22,441 nt of DNA, from assembly GCA_024626585.2 (NCBI GenBank), contig JANKJI020000002.1:17414630-17437070 (forward strand). Reading direction: 5' to 3'. The notes under the pieces are model-generated. The model was not told the DNA's origin and did no database searches. It saw only the letters and a list, made by a program, of their open reading frames with translations. The position numbers and the translations under genes were made by a program. This DNA is from Ginkgo biloba (taxonomy: Eukaryota; Plantae; Ginkgophyta). Below, one piece after another: positions 21,700-22,441 of this stretch; position 1 is the first letter of the stretch, and each line of letters opens with the position of its first letter.

Positions 21700-22400
21700 C
21701 CCTTGGGTCCTCTAGATTATCCATGACCTACTTCTCTTTGACCTTTTTTTGTAAATATTGTATTGGAAAGAGTTTTTTTAGAAATTCATTATTCATTAAA
21801 GTGAGTTGTTACTTTATAATAATCATGCAACTTACTAGTGTGTTGGAAAGTATTTCATTTAGATTCCAAACCTCTTTTTGTTGTTGTAGAGGCTTATAAG
21901 TAGATTTGTTGGTACATGTATCTTGAAGTTAATCTTTATTTATGTAGGTAGTATCTTCATTGGATGATTTCTCAGAATTTGTCAAATTTTAGAATAAAAG
22001 GGACTTGAATTTTTGAAGTTCACCTTGATCAACTTTAACCTTGGTTTAATGATTGAAATGAGTATATTTTGTCAAATACTTTCCTTTTAGATTTTTCTTA
22101 ATCCTAGTTGCAAATTGGAATTCCTTACTCAGTGTGTTGATTGTAAGTAAATTCACTTTAGCATAGATTTGTCAATTTAGCCCTCTTTTTATTTTATAAT
22201 CTTCACCTCCTTAGTATCTCATATGTCAAATCAAATTATTAAGGAATCGAATTCATTGTTATACTCTTACATTAATTACCCATATTTTTGCCTAATGTGT
22301 TTCCATCAGAAGATCTTATAATCTAAATAGATAATCAAGTAGAATTCCTCTTATAAAAGAGCTTTAAAATCTTCTTAAGATCTTAGTATCCCCGGTATAT
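21700..22400 (-). pseudogene. gag: Gypsy gag remnant (Retrotrans_gag capsid core plus C-terminal tail)
   Basis: FKALL*EEFYLIIYLDYKIF*WKHIRQKYG*LM*EYNNEFDSLII*FDI (EEFY 22339-22350, WKHIRQ 22288-22305, EYNNEF 22249-22266) matches FKxLLxxxFYP...WxxLRQxxGQxVxEYxxEF. Possible decayed Zn-knuckle (HTSKLH) near 21830-21855. Confidence 0.8.
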
Positions 22401-22441
22401 CTTTTTTTACTATTTATAAATAGATTCCTAATAAATAATTT

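Larger units (their letters stand above)
19073..22441 (-). mobile_element. Decayed Ty3/Gypsy chromovirus lacking protease and RT; 5' end outside the window
   Basis: Minus-strand order: gag, RNase H C-terminal half, integrase, chromodomain, PPT, LTR. No assembly gap between 19366 and 22441. Confidence 0.85.

Noticed and set aside
21692-21710. TACAATAACCCT resembling the LTR terminus TGTAATAACCCT near the deletion junction
   Set aside because: Short, the terminal bases mismatch, and no further LTR similarity or PBS is visible.
21233-21899. Four short track ORFs (60-99 aa)
   Set aside because: They are off-frame or antisense shadows of the minus-strand pol/gag remnants.

Overview
AT-rich, strongly CpG-depleted eukaryotic DNA from a fragmented scaffold (eleven 100-N gaps, four 10-N gaps, one 687-N gap, several small ones). 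There is no intact gene; the long ORFs in the track are N read-through artefacts. The window is a graveyard of decayed plant transposable elements, and motif style suggests a large-genome non-angiosperm such as a gymnosperm (inference). It contains: (A) a + strand non-chromovirus Ty3/Gypsy element (~1-7310) with protease, RT, RNase H and integrase remnants, a long 3' region carrying a ~148-bp tandem array, a PPT and a putative LTR; (B) two Ty1/Copia 3' ends (PPT-LTR junctions at 7950 and 12619); (C) LINE ORF2 (+) and ORF1 (-) remnants; (D) a decayed accessory ORF of ~375 codons bracketed by a repeated motif; (E) a Mutator-like transposase C-terminus (-); (F) a - strand chromovirus (19073-22441) with gag joined almost directly to RNase H-integrase-chromodomain, PPT and LTR. 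All assignments come from manual translation and remembered family motifs, with no database search. I found no convincing new biological system. The best leads are the hairpin-bearing dimeric tandem array, the repeat-bracketed accessory ORF, the stem-loop enclosing both Copia PPTs, and the chromovirus lacking protease and RT.
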